A DNA stretch of 52,244 bases from a virus, in the IMG/VR virus record IMGVR_UViG_3300046115_000069, positions 1 through 52,244 of that record. The stretch is one strand, 5' to 3'. Below the pieces are notes generated by a model. The model had not been told where the DNA came from and ran no database searches. It saw only the letters and a program-made list of their open reading frames with translations. The position numbers and the translations under genes were made by a program. Shown here piece after piece: positions 50,019 to 52,244 of the stretch (positions are counted from its first letter, which is position 1; each line of letters starts with the position of its first letter).

Positions 50019-50638
50019 CTACCTCCTCTTCGAGTCGCGCTCTTGTCGTTCTTGCTGGGCACCATACGTGACCATGAACAGGTGCATCAGCAATGCATCT
50101 TGGTCAAGTACGCCACCAGCCCTCGGCAACGCGTGTGTAATGCTACACAAGTTTGCCAGGTTTACCACATCTGCTGCGACACCCTCAATGGGTCTACTAG
50201 TTAAGATCCCAGCCCTGATGTCGAAGCAGATTTTCCCAGCGCACTCGACTCGTCGTCCAGTTCGTCCTCGAAGTTGTTCAGCTCGCCGATCCGTGTCGAG
50301 ATCTCCTCGGCGATACGTGCGTCGACCTTTCCGATGTCCTGCGGGTTGCTGAAGTCCAACTTCCGCGTACCCTCTTCAGGCTTCTTCGGGTTGATGTACT
50401 CTTCGAGGTTGTGGTCCTCGATCAGGTTGGTCCACTCCCAAACAGCAATCTCTCGCTGCATGAGGTCGATCTCGCCTGCGATGTCCTTCTGCTTCTTCGA
50501 CCCGGTGAAGCGGAGCTTGTCGGACAGGGCGCCACGGGTCAACTTCTGTCCGTGGTTCATCCGACGGACGACCACATAACCTTCCGCTAGAGTCTTCAGG
50601 TCGAAGCGCTTGCTACCACCAGTGACTGCGATTGGCAT
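50019..50638 (-). CDS. Tail assembly chaperone G-T fusion made by a -1 frameshift at 50231-50237
   Basis: The -1 frame is open for 70 codons from the slippery site to TAG 50019-50021, exactly filling the otherwise non-coding gap before the tape measure gene. Confidence 0.75.
50201..50638 (-). CDS. Tail assembly chaperone (G-like, 145 aa)
   Basis: GAGGGAG RBS. Lies between the major tail and tape measure genes. Acidic C-terminus. Confidence 0.75.
   Translation of the reverse strand: MPIAVTGGSKRFDLKTLAEGYVVVRRMNHGQKLTRGALSDKLRFTGSKKQKDIAGEIDLMQREIAVWEWTNLIEDHNLEEYINPKKPEEGTRKLDFSNPQDIGKVDARIAEEISTRIGELNNFEDELDDESSALGKSASTSGLGS
50231..50237 (-). other. Slippery heptamer G_GGA_AAA for a programmed -1 ribosomal frameshift
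   Basis: The minus strand reads CTG GGA AAA TCT in the zero frame, which fits the X_XXY_YYZ pattern. Confidence 0.75.
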
Positions 50639-50689
50639 TGTCAGCTCCCTCAGCTGTATTCATTAATGACGACGAGTGTGCCCGCTTGG

Positions 50690-50850
50690 CTCCCCAATAC
50701 TCCACACGGGCTTGGAATGCTTCTTACGTTCACAGTTAGACCTTAGTTAGATACTTGCGATCTTGCGCTGGACTTACGCTGTAGCTGTTGCGATTCCGCG
50801 CGATCTAACTAAGGTCTAACTATGCACAAACGCAGGATTCCAAGAGCTCT
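50690..50850 (-). repeat. Structured intergenic repeat E4
   Basis: Box TTGTGCATAGTTAGAC (rc of 50814-50829). 19-bp perfect inverted repeat 50734-50752 / 50803-50821. GGAATCGCAA and GCAAGATCGCAA blocks. CCGTGTGGAG (rc of 50700-50709). Confidence 0.85.
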
Positions 50851-50868
50851 TAAGAGATGAGCTCTTGG
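50840..50868 (-). terminator. Hairpin CCAAGAGCTC-(9 nt)-GAGCTCTTGG straddling the major tail gene stop codon
   Basis: 10-bp perfect inverted repeat. The loop contains the TAA stop. Could attenuate read-through from the abundant tail tube gene. Confidence 0.5.
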
Positions 50869-52112
50869 GTCTTTACCGTCAACGTGTACTCCGCACCGGT
50901 GGCGTTGACGATGTTCTGGTAGGCCACAGCCGCCCGCACCAGATCGCCCTGCGATCTGAGACCTACCTCGTAGGTGTCCTTGATGGTGACTGGAAGGTCG
51001 ATCACGATGCTATTGTTGGAGCCCTTGGTTGCCGTGAGCTTGATCGCCTGCGACGTGTACGCCTTGAAGGCGTCGTAGTCAGTACGTGCAGTGAAGTCGC
51101 GCTCCATCGTTGTGGTGCAGTTGCGCTCACCGTACTTTACGAAGTCGGCACCGCGCCCGGTGTTCTTCAGGCGGTACTGCGGCTCTGCGTTGTCCTCGAC
51201 CTGAAACTCGAACGTGTCAGCGTCCGTGACAGGTGTTGCTGCGGGTACCTCGATGATGTACTGGCCAGCACCGTACGGCGTGGTGGTGGGCCACGTCGGA
51301 ACCGGAACAGCCTGTGAGGCCTCGTCGCGGCCAATGATGGAGCAGCTGTACATCAGGGCACCATCATTCACAGAGATCGTGAACGAGGACACAACACAAC
51401 CCACGTAGCCGAACACTACGCCGGCAACGCGCTCGATGGTGATCGAGGCGGTGCGTGCAGGAACGGCCAACGCTGTAGGCGTTCCCGTGTAGGTGTAGTT
51501 CGGGGTGGTACCGGTACGTACCACGTCCATGCGCGAGATGCACATGAAGTACGGCAGGACGTCCTCGGTCAGCTCGAACTCCAGGTCGCCCTCGACGTGG
51601 GCATTGCCAGGGATTGCACTCTGGACGCCAACGCTACGACGGATGGGCCGCCGCCACGTGGTGTCCTGTTGGTACATCAGGGCTTCACTGGTCACAGGGA
51701 TGAACTTGGTTGGTGCAACGTAGATGCCACCATTGCTGGCGGTGTTCATCGTTGGGTAGGCACCTGAAGGTGCACCAACGGCCGTATCGTTGTACAGCAA
51801 CACCAGACCGAGAGTAGCCAACAGGAGCTCTGAGCCTGACGCACCTGCAGCCGCCGTACGGTAAACCTTGTAGCCGGTGGCGCCAGTGACGGCACCCCAG
51901 GTCAAGGCACCTGTCAGGTTGCCGGCAGACGTGGTAATGGTGATCTCGTTGGAGACACCCGTCTCACCGCTTGCGTTGATGGCCGTAACGTAGTACTTGT
52001 ACGTCCCGGCAGTAAGAGCGCCACCAGCAGTAGCACTACCAGCCAGTACCGGCGGGATGAGGACTTCGAAGGCAAACCCCACCTGGCCGCCTCCGCCAAT
52101 TCCCAAGGGCAT
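50850..52112 (-). CDS. Major tail (tube) protein with an N-terminal FN3-like domain
   Basis: 420 aa, GAGGAGG RBS, directly upstream of the chaperones and tape measure. YKYYVTAINASGETGVS...GATGYKVYRT is an FN3 signature. Confidence 0.75.
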   Translation of the reverse strand: MPLGIGGGGQVGFAFEVLIPPVLAGSATAGGALTAGTYKYYVTAINASGETGVSNEITITTSAGNLTGALTWGAVTGATGYKVYRTAAAGASGSELLLATLGLVLLYNDTAVGAPSGAYPTMNTASNGGIYVAPTKFIPVTSEALMYQQDTTWRRPIRRSVGVQSAIPGNAHVEGDLEFELTEDVLPYFMCISRMDVVRTGTTPNYTYTGTPTALAVPARTASITIERVAGVVFGYVGCVVSSFTISVNDGALMYSCSIIGRDEASQAVPVPTWPTTTPYGAGQYIIEVPAATPVTDADTFEFQVEDNAEPQYRLKNTGRGADFVKYGERNCTTTMERDFTARTDYDAFKAYTSQAIKLTATKGSNNSIVIDLPVTIKDTYEVGLRSQGDLVRAAVAYQNIVNATGAEYTLTVKTQELIS

Positions 52113-52114
52113 GA

Positions 52115-52244
52115 CTAGACCTCCTCGTCCGGGTAGCTCATGAGGCGGACCGTGAGCTCGACGTCATCCGGCAGGTTGTCCTGTAGGAGCTGCACGCCTT
52201 TGATCCGCTGGAAGCTCTTGGCAATAGTGCCTTCGAGCTGCTGG
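52115..52244 (-). CDS. 3' part of the junction-spanning small late gene (same gene as 1-207)
   Basis: TAG stop at 52115-52117. The sequence 52118-52244 duplicates 1-127. Confidence 0.6.
   Translation of the reverse strand, partial: QQLEGTIAKSFQRIKGVQLLQDNLPDDVELTVRLMSYPDEEV
52118..52244. repeat. Terminal overlap copy B (identical to 1-127)
   Basis: Exact 127-nt identity with the window start. Confidence 0.97.

Noticed and set aside
52115-52117. Amber read-through of the junction-spanning small gene into the major tail gene.
   Set aside because: The tail gene ATG (52110-52112) is out of frame with the TAG-terminated ORF. Read-through would give only a 68-aa out-of-frame extension overlapping the tail gene.

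Overview
This window is a complete, circularly closed dsDNA tailed-phage genome. Bases 1-127 are identical to 52118-52244, so the unit length is 52117 bp. The gene syntax points to a siphovirus of a Gram-positive, probably actinobacterial, host: GGAGG-type RBSs, many GTG/TTG starts, ATGA/TGATG/TAATG coupled overlaps, an r1t-type holin and an FN3-decorated tail tube protein. There are two convergent arms.

(1) The minus-strand late arm runs 9576->1 and continues across the junction 52244->38792. In order it carries a possible small terminase, TerL, portal, a Mu gpI-like protease/scaffold, a DUF2190-like protein, a lambda-E-like major capsid protein and connector proteins including a Mu gpG-like one. 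These are followed by the major tail protein, G/G-T tail chaperones with a GGGAAAA -1 frameshift, a 907-aa tape measure, Dit, minor tail proteins and a lysis cassette. The arm ends in a four-gene module whose last product is a 458-aa protein with nine exact 20-aa repeats.

(2) The plus-strand early/middle arm runs 10198->38727. It carries many small unknown ORFs, a low-GC island of Zn-ribbon, endonuclease VII and HNH genes, and a tRNA cluster. Its replication and recombination genes are an SNF2 helicase, a Cas4/RecB-like nuclease, a Sak4-like ATPase, DUF669 and a primase-helicase. A QueC-QueD-QueE-FolE-MazG-DpdA 7-deazaguanine DNA-modification cluster follows, then a UDG-fused family A DNA polymerase and a RuvC-like resolvase.

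No integrase, lysogeny module, transposase or CRISPR array was recognised.

The most unusual observations are:
- two distinct tRNAs that both carry a CUA (amber-reading) anticodon, in a genome that still uses TAG as a stop codon;
- three non-canonical tRNA-like (acceptor + T-arm) elements at transcription-unit ends;
- a four-member family of about 160-nt structured intergenic repeats at operon boundaries;
- a dispersed CCGTGTGGAG/CTCCACACGG motif;
- unassigned ORFs embedded in the deazaguanine cluster.

All calls rest on reading the sequence and on remembered family motifs. No database search was run.
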